Assembly: GCA_020536535.1 (NCBI GenBank)
Contig: JAHLWZ010000079.1
Span: 1 to 64,000, forward strand
From: Pelomyxa schiedti
Lineage: Eukaryota; Protista; Evosea
DNA length: 64,000 nucleotides
Reading direction: 5' to 3'
In this document: positions 1 through 13,151 of the stretch, piece by piece
Position numbering within the stretch: the first letter of the stretch is position 1
How the letters are laid out: each line of letters begins with the position of its first letter
Position numbers and translations under genes: made by a program
Notes under the pieces: generated by a model
The model's input: the letters and a program-made list of their open reading frames with translations, nothing else
Databases searched by the model: none
Told to the model about the DNA's origin: nothing

Positions 1-2327
1 CGGGGGTGTGTTGTAGTTTCAGTGGTGTTTACTGGGCACAAGTGCTCGTGTGGAGGTGGGGTTGTTTCAGATGACCCTGGTGATATCACAGGGGTATTGG
101 GTGTTGTTGTATTATCATGGACTGGATTAGGCACGTTCCAAAGGCATAGAGACTTGTCAAATGAGGAGCACCATGCCTGTGGCACAGTTACGGGAATGAA
201 AAAGAAGAAGAAAGTTGGAAAAATACTCTCCAGATATCTCTGGAAGGAGTCCAAACAGGCAGTATGAGTGTAAGAGCATCATCGACATGTTTATGTTGTG
301 TTGTGAGGAGAGTGAGTTCACAACTATCATATATTCGGATTGCTGATAAGGATGTAAGTTTTTTTGTAGGGAGTGCTAAAACTCACAGCCATCTCTCCAT
401 GCAGTCCATACGGTATTTCCTATCACTTCAATGTGGAAAAGGGTAACCGGTGCGGGATCAAATTTCTTTAGGAGTACATAATTTTTGTCTGAGGTGATCT
501 CAATTCTCAGAAGGAAGCACAGGGAAAGTACCCCAAACGAGCATGTCCTTGGAATCAGCTATGCAGCTCCAGATACGCTGATTAATTGGATCCCATGCAA
601 TTGTCTTGACTTTGCGGGGTCTCTCATTCACCCGAACAGTGTTCAATACCTTGAATGAGTTAACATCCTATATCTTGAGAGTGTTCAACACACAGTATTT
701 GTTTGCGGAGTGACTACTCGTATTACGCCATCAGTTGAACCAAGTAGCATATTCTCACCCGTCCAGACCATAGTGAGTGCAACACCTGTGTGATGTCACG
801 AGAAGGGATATTGCTTGTTTGTAACCTGGTAAGGTTATTTTGGACAGGCAGTTGAAAGGCGCCTCTGAAGAGTACACTTCAATGAAGTCTTGCCTGCTCA
901 TCCAGACATCCACTTGTGGTGTTGTATTTGTGCTGGTTGGAGTTGGATTGACATGCCCTGTAACTTGGAGAGCGAAACAGAACCCTTTGATCTCATGGAT
1001 AGGAGCACGAGTTGAGGTGTCCCACACCTTAGCGTTGTTTTGTGATGTGCTCCACACATATCTAGAGTTATGTTGGCTTTATGGTATGGCTTTCTGGTTT
1101 GGTAACCTTCCATCGTAAATCATCCCAAAAACAGTTCCTTGTTTAGAATCAAACCGAGTGTCATACAAGGTGGATTCACAATCGAAAATATAGAATGACC
1201 CACCAGAGTCAACACACCATACCTAAAGAGAAGTAAGAGGACTGTGAGAGCGGCAAGGGCGGGACCTTATCGTTTACTCTAATGAGAGCTTGTACTGAGC
1301 GGTCAAAGCCAACCCTTTTTCCGAAAAAAATTGGTGTATATGGTGTGACTTTTGCTTTTTCCATCAGGCCATCAAAAACTTCATAGTATTTTTCTACAAA
1401 AACTTCTACCAAGTGATTCACTCTAATGAGAATGAGTTTATGAAATAAACTGGGTGTGAGCTTACTTTCCACTAGTTATAGTGCTTGAAAGACAAGCCAA
1501 CGCATCGTTTGGATCTGCTCGTTTATCCCACAGAAGGTTAGGGCCCCACACAACAGCCAAATTTCCAGAATCCATTCTAGTAAAATCTCGATTCATGTAA
1601 ACCTTCAAACGATGAAGGCACTATGAAAATTGTGCTATCTTACCTCTCTCCATAGAAAAGCAAGTCTTTCAAGTAGAATTTGATTTTCTGGGGGTATTTG
1701 AGTGATGAGAGAACGAAACAATGCCACTTGTTGTGTGGGATCCTCTTCACTAAATTGAAATTAGACGTTTGAAATCCCTTCTTGTAAGCACATACGAAAC
1801 TGCTTCCATCCACTGTTCATACAACTCCGACTGTAGCAATGGTTGAGGTAGCTCTCTGAAGAAGGTTTTAATCAAGTCGGATACAACGGAAACTGTGTAT
1901 TCTTTGCTGTTGATAGAGGAGAGGCAGCCCTAAGAATGAGATGGACATTAAAAAAAACGAGAAATGACAACAACAGAATGCCTACTGTTCCTGCCTCAGC
2001 TATCAGTTGGTTGGCAAGAACTTTACTTCCTCCCAGCCTGAAAATACCCTCTTCGTCGAGGCCCCCCTTGCACAAAATGAAATCCAAAGCCGTGTAAAAA
2101 AAGCAAGGGGCCTTGAGTGGCACGTGAGGCTTCGCCACGGCAGACACTTTGGCAGGAGTTCCCGGCGCCGCGGCGCTTGCCGTACTTCCCGTAGCTGCCG
2201 AATTCGCGGTGGCCGGTGTCGACGACGAGGACGAGGAGGGAGGGGCAGTGGCGGCCAATGTGTGTCGCTCCTCGTCTTGGGCGAGAACGTCTTTGAGAGG
2301 CGTACCGATGAGTCCCGTGGTGGCCAT
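1..2327 (-). CDS. RhoGAP-domain protein with probable C-terminal beta-propeller-like region; multi-exon, 3' end runs off the window
   Basis: ATG at 2327. Ala/Ser/Thr-rich N-terminus, then PCFFYTALDFILCKGGLDEEGIFRLGGS with the arginine finger intact, and later NRDFTRMDSGNLAVCVGP (RhoGAP C-terminal motif). Downstream exons carry WD-like strands (AKVWDTSTR, IAWDPINQRIWSC). Confidence 0.75.
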
Positions 2328-2554
2328 CGAATCAACTACCGGTAAAATAAATGTGCGTAGATCGCCGTGTACTGCTTTTTATTGTCGGTGCTTGTCGTGT
2401 TGGCCTTGTTTTTTTTCTTTTCTCGTACCTCCCCTCCCCAAATAAACTTGTACTTCTCGCATTTTTGAAGAAAAAAAAAGATCTCGAAAAGCGAAATTCC
2501 CTACGCAGAAATAGGCGAAAACGACATTGTCTTTGCAAGAGAAAAGTGGGTGTG

Positions 2555-3763
2555 TCAGTGCTTGAACTTTTCGACTTGTTCCAGAATGGTCTCATAGGAA
2601 TGGAAGGCAATGCCTCGCTTGAGGAACAGCAAAGCGAGCCTTGGTGTGGATCCGCGATAGAAGCCCAACAAGCCATTCTGCTTATACAACTCAGCAAAGT
2701 ACTGGCGGGAGGTTGGACCGCGGCGCTTGATGTCCTGCACAGCGGTGGGTGTGATGGAATAAGTTATTTAGTCAAACCTTCTGCTTGATGGATTTCACCG
2801 AATCAAAAGGCATTGTGATAAGTGCACCCAGAGAACCGGAGACTCCTCCATAACTATTTACTGGTCAAAGTAATACTGAGGAAGGCACGGACTTACATGA
2901 ATTTCTCTGTATTGGAGAGTTGTCTCTGGGGATTGTTTCTCAAAGTGAAGGATTTCAACCAATAAAACATAGTGAAGCCACAAACAGAGTTACCCCTTCA
3001 ATTTTCTCCTTAAAAGAAGAAAAGAATGGACCAAAGTACCATTGGCGGACAAGAGTCATATCAAGACCCTTATACAAACTATGGGTACAGGCTAAAACTC
3101 CCTCTTCCCGGTAAACTTTCTTCATTTCCTGAAGCCACTTTAATAAAACAACATAACAAAAATGTCACACCTCAATGGGTTTTGCGCCAGCCAGAGACAT
3201 CAACTTCAGCCTCTCCCATGGTTGCACACAGAAGATGGTTTCTCCAACAGAAGAAATACTGGAAATTAAGATGTTGTCAGCCACGGTGAGTTCTTTGGCA
3301 CAGGTCGGTTAAAGGCATTAAGTCGCATTTCATACTGTTGGGGTTTTTGCCAGTCAAATGGAAAAACTCCTTCTTAACACTCTCGTAGAGGGCGAATCGC
3401 CAGCAAGACTTCAACACTTCCCCAATCAAGTGGAAACCAATCCCGCGGTATATTCCACGCACTCCTTCGTTGGCAATGACATCTCTGGTAATGGATCGCA
3501 TAGTGGGAGACTCCTACGTCAACCATAAGAGTTTCGTTGGGAGGAGAAAAAAAAAACCTTTTTGCCACCAACAGCCTGCTTGCGAGCAATTTGAAGACGC
3601 AGTTTAAGTGCCTCCACCTTCACGTCTATGTTAAACGCACCTCAAAAAAAAAAAAGAGAGAGAGAGCGAAGCGACGCACAGGGTAAGTCAATGTGCCATC
3701 GGACAAACCAGACCCTATGGCTGCCAATATCACCGACGAAAGGGCGTGTTTCCTGGAGGCCAT
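2555..3763 (-). CDS. Mitochondrial carrier (SLC25) family protein, citrate/dicarboxylate-carrier-like
   Basis: Spliced model has three PX[DE]XX[KR] signatures (PVEALKLR, PWERLKL, PFDSVKS) and EG..G.Y[RK]G repeats (EGVRGIYRG, NGLLGFYRG). ATG at 3763, stop at 2555. Confidence 0.88.
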
Positions 3764-4035
3764 TGCCAGTTCCTTGGTTTGTGTTTCTTTTCTTTTGTTG
3801 TTTTATCTCTCAGTAGGGGTGTACATTTTTAGAGTCTTCGTTTGCTTCGAGAAGAAGGTAAAATCTTGGATAATCAAAAACCCCGGAGTCCCCAAGAGAG
3901 TCCACGCGGAATCCCAAGCTCCCTGCCACCCATGAGAACCAACGAGGGTGGATGCCGACGACGGGTTTGGGGTTCTTCTAGAACGGAGTTGATGTTCGGA
4001 AAACACCTTCCACAGAAACAAAACAATCGATCGTG

Positions 4036-5870
4036 ATGAAGTTCGTTTATTGCCCCAGGTCCACGGCAGGGGCTATCTTGGTGATTGCCGCGTTGAGGTA
4101 CCGTTCCTGAACACACACTCATTTCTGAACACCCAAAACCACGCGGGGTTTCCTTACAACACACACGCAGCATCCTCTCCCTAGCCACTGCAACGTGCGA
4201 TGGTGTACAACCTCTCATCACCCTCGGTGCTGCGGCCACTGTGGCGGATGGATCCTACATGGGGTCGTGCATGCCCCCTGCCACTCCCGTAGCCTCCCCC
4301 TCTTCCTCGTCGTCCGTATCGGTGTCGGTCTCTACGTCGGACGCTGGTGGCGCCGGGCACGCCGTGAGGGCAGTGGAGCCGTATTACTCCGAATCTGCTG
4401 AGCTGTATCAGGACGGATTCGATGTTTTGAGCGGTGAGATTGTGCACACTTGGTCGATGACTTTTTTGGGCAGCTGCGATGACAAGAATGCTCAGTATAT
4501 GGTATTTTCTGCTATGATCTGCCCTCAACAACCATTCTTATAATGGCTACTCCCCAGGTTGACAACTACTTTAGCACCAGTTCGATCAGCGATACTGGAG
4601 ACGGCGTAAGCTTAGTATTTCTGGCCAGTTTTGATTTCACCAGCCCTAGGTTCTCTCAATTTCCTATATCTATAGTTCCATCCGCTACACACCTTTTACC
4701 TGGTGGGGAGTGTCACGCACTAATCAGTGTTGCCCCGCGCTTTCTCCCTATGGATCCTTCAATGCTCTTACCAACCCGTGCCCTGCATTGACGACGCGGG
4801 GAACTTGCCCGGGACATGCGGAATACCGGTCTGCTATATATTATACCGCCGATACTGACTCCAGTGGTTCCTTGTATTGGTTTGGTCTCAATGACAATGG
4901 TTGTGACCAGTCGGATACAAGAGGGCCAGTTATCAGCTCTCCCTACTACCTTCCAAGTGACTACAGCAAACTCAAAGGCTCTACGTCCGTGATCGTGTCG
5001 ACTTCCAAGTACACTTCCAACTCTATCCTTTTAAGCTAACTTCAGCTCCGTTACGTATTAGCACTATAAATATGAACCTAGCCACAAGTTGCTATGCATT
5101 CACTCTTTTTGGATATCTATACTATGCACAGGACTCCTACTCCTTCTTCAGGTATCACCTTCAAAAGAGAAAGAAACCAGAAGAGCGCTAATGCAATATA
5201 CAGTAATCGTACCGTTTCAATTAAGACCAAGTTCTATACAACACCGAGTTGCACACTGGATACATGTGGTGACACCCTCGTAGAGCTAATAGTGTGTACA
5301 AGTCATCTTACAATTATTGCTCAACCAAATCAGTTTTACGGGCAAGGAACCTACTCTCTTGGTAAAAGCGGTACTGATGGATGGTTCAACCTTGACATCG
5401 ACGACGTCACGCTCTCTTTTGTTGCTCAGACCGGACAAGCTGCGGACCTGATGCTTGGCTTGTGTGGAGTTAATACCGCAGGAGGCTTCAACGACATTGT
5501 AGTTGGACAAGAGTATGAGACACTGGGAACACAGTGTATGAACGTGTGGTGGCCGTGCACAACACGGCGATCACGGTTCTTTGTGTCTGGTGACATGATC
5601 TTCCAGAGTGACACACAAAATCGAACCACCGTCCAATGTGACAGCCCACTTTTCCGGGGACAGACACTGTTGGCCTCTATACCACTCCTCACTACTACAT
5701 ACCCCCCACAGGCACATGACTTCTCTACCGCTATTATGGTCTACCAGTCATCTTCCATTTCCACCTCCCAATCATTCTCCTCGCCCTCAATACAGTCATC
5801 CAGTGCAGCCACCACACAAGCCTGTTTGTTATTATCTCTTGTCGTTCTAGTGTGGTGCCTGTGCAATTAA
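4036..5870 (+). CDS. Cys-containing secreted/cell-surface protein, probably GPI-anchored; no family recognised
   Basis: Spliced N-terminus MKFVYCPRSTAGAILVIAALSILSLATA looks like a signal peptide. C-terminus is a Ser-rich linker plus hydrophobic tail (SSAATTQACLLLSLVVLVWCLCN*). ORF fragments 4241-4543, 4710-5039 and 5094-5870 are separated by short introns. Confidence 0.65.
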
Positions 5871-5917
5871 AATTGTTACAAAGAAAAAAATTCTTTTTTT
5901 CCCCAGAGTAATTATTT

Positions 5918-8040
5918 TCAGGGTCTATCATCAAGTTCACAATCCTCTTCCACCTTGGGAGCCTTTGTGCTCACTATTGCATCTAAAATAAGGTATGATT
6001 AGTATTCCAGAAAGAGATTAGATGCTATGTACCTCCGATTTTGTTGCAGAGGAAAAGCTGGTCTGATACAAAAAGAGCGAATATCAGCTGAAGGCCGGAA
6101 ACACACGAAAGCATAATCAAACAGTCTTTGAAGGAAGTCATTTTTGTGCACCCCCGGGCACAATGGAGTGGGTCGTCGTCGTACCACTTTTCATTTAAGA
6201 AAATGCCTATCCAACAATGTTGATAAGTAATTCCTGAAAAAAAGGACACTTACTATTTAGAACTGGCGCAATGGCACCCCCAATTGTGCGTGCAAATGAA
6301 TTGATCCCGGTTGCTGCTGGAAAATGGTCAGGACATGCTTTGGCCATTATACCCTGGAAGGAATTAGCAATAACACACATACATTCCGAACCATTTGCAC
6401 TGCCATGCACATTCCACCTCCAAAACCTTGTATAATGAGTAACACAATAAGCTGAGCCGCAGTGTAATGATATTTGATCATCAACGATATGGCCAGCAAA
6501 TTGATGACAGCCTGAAGCCGTTAATAGATAAAAACTGAGTTGTGATTCATACAGCCATAGTGTGAATGGTAGTCGAACCTATTCGCTTTTGCATAGTTCC
6601 TGCAAAAATAGAGGCTATGAGAGCGGAAATTCCTTGCGGAAATATTACAATCCCGACTTTTAGTTGACTTGTATATCTATATTATGGTTGAGTAGAAGGA
6701 ATTTGACAAAGTTTCTCTCGTACTGGAATGGGCCAAGCGGGTCCGTCATTAGATAGGGCAGGATGTGGAGTAGCCCGTAGCTGTAAAGTCCAAACATGAA
6801 GGCAACGAGGGTAACGAAGAGAAGATCTCTTCTGGTGAGAAGTTTCATTGGCAGGAGGGGAGGATTCCAGAACCACTCGAAAATGAAGAAACCAATAAGC
6901 AAACAGAACCCAAAGATGAGAAGGCAGATAGTTTTTGCTGCTTTCCACCCCCAGGAGGATGACTAAAACGTGATGACTACGCTAGAAGGTAACAGTGCTA
7001 AGATACCTTAGTAAGTGCAATTAAAAACAATAGCGTTCCTAGTGATAGTAACAAGATGCCGATGTAGTCAACTGTGCGGATTCTTTGCCATATCTGAGTC
7101 CAATTCAAACTCGGGCACTGGACGCTCTTGGTTCTTTTAGCACAGTATTCACGCCAAGATGGAAACCCAAGTAAAAGGATATTTGAATATCCACAGGCAA
7201 AAACTATGGCGCCAATCACCAAAAACATTTCTGTGTACGAAAGCTTTTCCAGAATAGCAGCTCCTCCAATCATACCAACAGAAAGCCCCACACCAAATAA
7301 CGCAGATATCACCCCTAAGAATTGTAAGTTACGGTTCACTTAACGAAGAGCAACCTAGAAGGGGTGCCACAAATTTGGGTGGGTAGTATTCCTTTATTAC
7401 ATCGTAATCTAGAATGTTGTTGGCTCGGGAAGCCATAAAGTGGCTTTTACACACATAAGATAAATAGAGGAGAACTAAAGCCCTGAAGAGAACGTGCAAA
7501 AACCAATCTTAAGACATCGTCCCCCCAGATGCCAGCCATAAATAAGCCAATATCATACAAGGAAACCATAACGGTTATCAAAACTAATCTGTTTATCTTG
7601 ACCATAGCTATAAAATAAATGAGAGAAGAACAGGAGTCTCAGGTTATGGTACCAGCAAGACCCCCAACAATTGGAGTGGCAACAGCTAAGAAATGTAAGT
7701 CGGAGATACCTTGAAAAGATACAACCTCCAACCAAGCTGGACGCAGTAAGAATCCATGGAACGGCATTTGGTCTGTCAGTTTCCTGCCCAATTGCTGGAA
7801 GTGCAGGAATCAGCATTGTGGACATGAACGATGCCTGTGATAAGTATATTAATCAGATTAAAAAAAAAAAAGTGGGGCACCTGGACATACACTAAAACAA
7901 ACTGCGCTCATTTGAACCATAATGACAACCAATCGTGCGGTCAGTTTAGTTGGTGGCTCCTTAACCACGGATGGACATTCTGTTTGTTCTTTGTCATGCT
8001 CCACGTCACCCGCAGGGTTGACCTTCTCGTTGTTGTCCAT
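5918..8040 (-). CDS. Major facilitator superfamily transporter (DHA2/14-TM drug:H+ antiporter-like)
   Basis: STMLIPALPAI, WILTASSLVGG, GVISALFGVGLSVGMIGG, VDYIGILLL, FFIFEW..NPPLLPMKLL and AATGINSFARTIGGAI motifs. ATG at 8040, spliced stop at 5918. Confidence 0.85.
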
Positions 8041-8217
8041 GCCGAGGGGAATGATCTCTTCATCGCCGAAATTCCACACTTAAATCACCCCCGCAGGTCC
8101 ACAAAGTTCGGCAAAGGGATGAAACCCCCCACCCAAAGTTTGGTGGCAGTTAGTTACTACTTACGTCAAGGGTAAAGAATCCCAGACCTCGGTTCGTTGA
8201 ACGAAAACTTTTTTTTT

Positions 8218-11200
8218 TTACAAGTCACCGGTGATGATACGAGGAGCAGCAAGGGGCTGGGAAATGACAGGTGCACCATCACGAAATATGGTAGTAGGAA
8301 GGCTCATGAGAGTGCCTGTAGTAGGGGCGCAAGGAGGAGGGGTGGTTACGCCGGAGCTGGCCATCCCAACTACACCGCCAAGGGATGAGTTAATAGAAAC
8401 GCCGGTGCTGGCCAACATGGCCATGGAGAGTGTCTGCAACAGACCTGATTGGGGGGTGCCTGTTGGTGATGTGCTGCTGGTGCTGATGCTGCTGTGCGCA
8501 GCGCCGACTCCCATCATCTTGACGCCTCCGGAGCTGCTGACTGTCCCGCTGGACCGAAGGTTAGCGGCCGCTTGCGCCATTGTGATATGCCCTTTTTTGT
8601 GTTTGACAGTTGGGTCCACTCGCCATGCGATCACGACCTGTGCGTGATGGTCTGTGGTTAGACACCGGCGAGGAGAAGAAAGAGGGTTTTTGGCACCTGA
8701 AGGAGATCGGCACAGGGTTGGACAAGTCTATTGGTTTCCAGATCAATTGCTTGATATAAATTGGGAGCAAATGCGATAGCTGTGTCGAGTAAGTAAAGAA
8801 AAAATAGTGATTTCAGACACCAAGATTTTGTGAATTCATCCTGTTAACACTTGATTTATTAACCACGTCTATGAGGAGCTTCAAAAGCCATTCAAGAATA
8901 ACCTACAAAAAAAATAAGAGGGAAGCAAGTTTGCATAAATGGTGGAAGGAGGTTACTTGATTGGTGGGATTCAGTTTTTGGATGGCCGCTATACACTGAT
9001 CAACAGTTTCAGCTCCAACCAACATATGTGCCGGAATCTCGTTTAAGAGACCTGTAGGAAGAGATCGAAACCAAACCTTGAACTGGTTAGTCAATTTGTG
9101 TAAATAAGGGGAGACACTTTTATCAAGGAGGCAATATCATATGCACTTATGGAGGGGGCATTTATGTCAAATTCTCCTCTGTTCAACAATTCTTTTAGCC
9201 GTTTAACCTCGGCAGGATCTCCTGGTTGCATAAATATCTCTGGCTGTATGTTTTCAGAGGAAAATTATGTATATTAATGAAATAAACTTTAATTTTATTT
9301 GACCTTGTCTAAACCGTTATTTCGGAGAAGGGCAGTTTTTAGCGTAATGAGAACTTCCGGAACTGAAAGGCCTAACAACAAAAAACTTTAGTACTCAAAA
9401 AAAAAAGTGTGATGGCATACGATCATCAACTCCCATTTTCAATGTACCTGGGTCTGCCCCAAATACACCGGCATCACATCTTACTATCACATCAAGGTAG
9501 ACCCTTTCGGTTCCTAAAGGTACATTAAGGTGGCACAGAGGAAATATAAGGGACCTATAAGAAGTGGAACTTTAAGAGACTTGTTATTCTTGGTTCTACA
9601 AGTTAATTTTACTTCAATATCTTTTTTCTCACGCTTTATTTTGTTACCAATGAGGTAAGACTAATGGAAGAAACCGGTTTAATGGATCCTGAAGTGGAAT
9701 TGAACGAAAGTGTAATGTCGGAGTCGGTGAACTTGTCCAATTTGTATTTCAGTTTAGAATCGGTATTGTTGAAGATGAAGAAACTCTGGACTTGGGATAA
9801 TGAAGTTTTAGTGCTTGCTGTCGTGCCAACCATCTCATACGATAAAACCTCAGCAGACAACTGCCAAATTCATAAATGAACTATTCTCTTTCAAAAGAGG
9901 GAGGAATACCATCCATTTCCCCGACCCAGAGCTAACAGAATCGCTTTCGACTGTGCTTGAGCTTTTTACTCCCTTATTGCGATAGGCATATTAGACTTTA
10001 CAATTTTGTTAGAAAACCTACACCAGATATCGACACAGGAGCCTGTTAAGGGTTCATTTATGGGGGGCAGGGAAAAAAAAGGAACAAGCCTACCTTGGAG
10101 GTCTGGGCCTGAGATTCTGCAGAGATTTTCCTCAAAATGTCACGAATCTCAGTGAAAGGCGGGCGCTTTGAAGCCGACACTTGCCAACAATTTCTATGTA
10201 TGATAAGTATTTCATTCCAAAGTGACATTCTACCGGATAAGTTTTGCAAGGTTTGGATTGGCTGTTTTTGGAATTGTAGGTCTTTCTCCCTTACTTACAG
10301 CCACTACACAAGATTAGAATTCATTTATGTATTACGGGGAGGCATACGAGGCAATGCCCATGATGGTTTGTCAGCATAAGGGGTTTGTCGAGTTATCAAC
10401 TCCCATAAAACTGTGTGGAATGAGACACTGCAGGGAATAACAGTACAAACCAACTCCAAATGCGTAAACATCTGCCTTTTCTGTGTACTTTTCGTTTGCT
10501 GGAATGAGTTATTGGCAGAAATTTCTTCTTTGACCCTCTTACCAAATAATTCTGGTGCCATGTACTGCACTATTTTTGTGTGAGTTATATGTATAGCTTA
10601 AAAGTGCGTACCAGTGCCAATATTGCACGTCATCATTGAAGCCGTATCGACCACTCGTGATGTGCCAAAATCTATATACTATCAGTGCCAGAGATAAGAT
10701 CAAACTGGCGCACCAATAATTTTTACAGTCAGTTTCTCATTCAGCTTTGTCAAAAATGATGAGGGGCAAGAGAATAGGGTAGGGAGAATACCAAAACATT
10801 CTGACTGTTTTTGAGTACAGTCAGTTTTCATAAAGAAAGAAAGAGAAGGACACACGTTTTAAGGTCTCTGCATGAGGATAAGGAAGGAGTGAGAGTCAGA
10901 GTAAAGGAAAGCGAATGTAAGAGCTTGCCTATGTATTAGTTTGTAGCTATGCAAGTAGGCCATTCCACTGGTAATTCCCAGAGCAAAACCAATACAGGTA
11001 TCAGTATCAATCGGATCTTTTTTTCGTTAAAGAATCGTTTTTCGTATTACCAACTACTTGAAGTTATATACGATGCAAGACTGTATTGCAGTACATAAAA
11101 AGTGTTAGTGATTGCGTGACAAGGTGATACCAACCTGTAAGGCATCAACTCAGTTATAATATATAATTTGTAGTGATCTAATGTGCATGCGCCGAGGCAA

Positions 11201-12476
11201 TGTATTAAATTTTCATGATCCAGTACACTAGGTTTTCATTAAAAGGCGTGGAGTCCTCCACACAGAAACCTCATCAAGGTCAGTTCTTTTTTGAATTCTT
11301 GGATATCAAAAACAATGTTATCTTCACTGTAATGCTTTATGGCAACAACTTCTCCTTTATACTTCCCTCTGTAAAAATGAGAAATTGGGAATTGTGGCGG
11401 TTCCACAGTTACTTGTAAACTTTGCCAGCAGCACCTCTCCCTATCATAGTCTCGATTGTCAAAGCATCTGGTGGAATTTCATTGTGATATGTCTTGCGCC
11501 CAGCAAGAGCATTCTCGATGACCTCACCCAATTTTTTCAGATTGCTTTCGGCATTTGCTTGCTCTTGGGTTTCCATTTGTCCCCTCATTTCTTCCTAAGA
11601 CTTAGGTCACACAAATTTTTCGTCTTTACAAACCATTTTCTGTATTTCAGCCATCTTCTGCCTAAAAATTGCTTCCTGAAGATAAAGGGTCAATGCAAAC
11701 GTGAGCGGTGGTCCAGTACCTGCTCTTCCATGTTGAGTTGCCGAAGTTGTTTTTGCAGAAGTGTATGTGCCTCAGTAGAGTATGGCAGTGCCACTGTATG
11801 TCTAAAAATACTGCGAAAAGCTTGCTGTATGTGGGAAATGAGGGAAGGAATCAAAAAGGAAATGGGACCACACCTTTTCATCAGCCTCTGCTGGCGCAGG
11901 AGACGTCGACTTCGGTACAGAAGGAGACTCGGCTTAAACAAAGTTAAAGTTGAATAGATGAAGTAAAGGGTGGGAACTACATTCAGCGGAGGTGGCACCA
12001 CCCCCGCCACCCCCACCGCCACTCGCAGCTGCAGTAGAATGCGACGGCGAGGTAGTCCTGCTTGTAGGAGTCGCCTCCGACGTGGACGCGGATGTGGATG
12101 CGGATGCGGATGCGGATGCGGCGGTAGTGGACTCGCTGCTGGAGCACAGGGCCCCCTCATCCTTCTCCTTCTCCCTGTCGCCCTCCGGGGCCCCCGAGCT
12201 CCGCTTGTGCCTGTGCTTGTGCCTGCTCCCCGTGCTGCCCTCCTCGCCGCTGCGTGGCGTCTGGTCGTCGGCGGGGGGCGTCGAGGCCCTCGTCGTCGCC
12301 GTCGAGGTGGTAACGGCGGTTGCGACAGCCTCGGCGCCTAGGGATTCGTCGCGGGACGTCCTGTTCCTGCTGTGGCGACGGTGCTTCTCTGTCAACTGGA
12401 CGGGAGCGGCCTCCTGGGGCTCCGAGTCCGCCGCTGGTTGGCGCGAGTCGGACTCTCCTTTGGTGTCGGCCGACAT
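8218..12476 (-). CDS. TKL-group protein kinase with coiled coil, C-terminal Ig-like (MSP/ASH-like) domain and RhoGAP-like domain
   Basis: Spliced motifs GRGAAGKVY, VAIK, HRDLKTQN, DFG, GTVQYMAPE, LWELITRQTPY and CWQVSASKRPPF. These are followed by a beta-sandwich segment (9636-9860) and RhoGAP motifs (DIASLIKVWFRSLP, NRMNSQNLAIAFAPNL). Confidence 0.85.
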
Positions 12477-13151
12477 GCCCTCTTGTTATTCGGTTGTGTT
12501 GGCGTTGTGGTGTTGGTACGACTTTTGTCTTCTTCGGCAAAAAACAACGAAACGAAAGTGTAGGATCTCTGAGAACCACCTTACAACATTCTTGACACAC
12601 TGGCAGATGATCTTCCGCAACTGGTTTGGAAGAGACGCCGCGATGAGTTTGTGGAGCAAGACACAGAGTTGGAAGAGGGCAGACAGGGCCTGACCAGTGA
12701 CGACTTGTGATTGCACGATTCTTCGCTGTGGGAAGGAATTTGCACCGTTGGATAGAAATTCGCTCCCCATTCGTGCAATTGAGAAACTGGGAATTACCAC
12801 CTTCCACGTTAAGTGCATTTTCTTGTCTTTGTTGGGGCTAATCAAAAAAACTAGCGAACCCAAAAATAAACCAACCAAAAAATAAACGAGGCACCACACA
12901 CCGTTAACGTCCGCATCCCCGTAAAAGCGACACCAAACCAACAACCAAACTCCGACACACCACAACCAACCACCCTTTGTGTATCATTTGCGGTGCAAAT
13001 AAATACTATAAAGCCTTTCCGACACAAACTCCTCAAGCCGTACCGCAAGAAACCTTTCCGGGCGAAAAGAAAAAAGAAGCGAAGAAGAGAGGGAAAAAGC
13101 TAGCCACTTCTACAACTAATACAAATCATCGTCAACTTTCCGATCAACAAC

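Noticed and set aside
12600-12790. Possible C/D snoRNA or 9-bp inverted repeat (ATTGCACGA/TCGTGCAAT) in the kinase/F-box intergenic region
   Set aside because: Box C is imperfect, there is no terminal stem or recognisable guide, and the repeat is too short to support a call.
11992-12807. Long overlapping ORFs in GC-rich regions (also 19245-20101, 26693-27529, 50747-51328, 59608-60219)
   Set aside because: They are antisense or alternate-frame shadows of GC-rich low-complexity first exons, where stop codons are rare.
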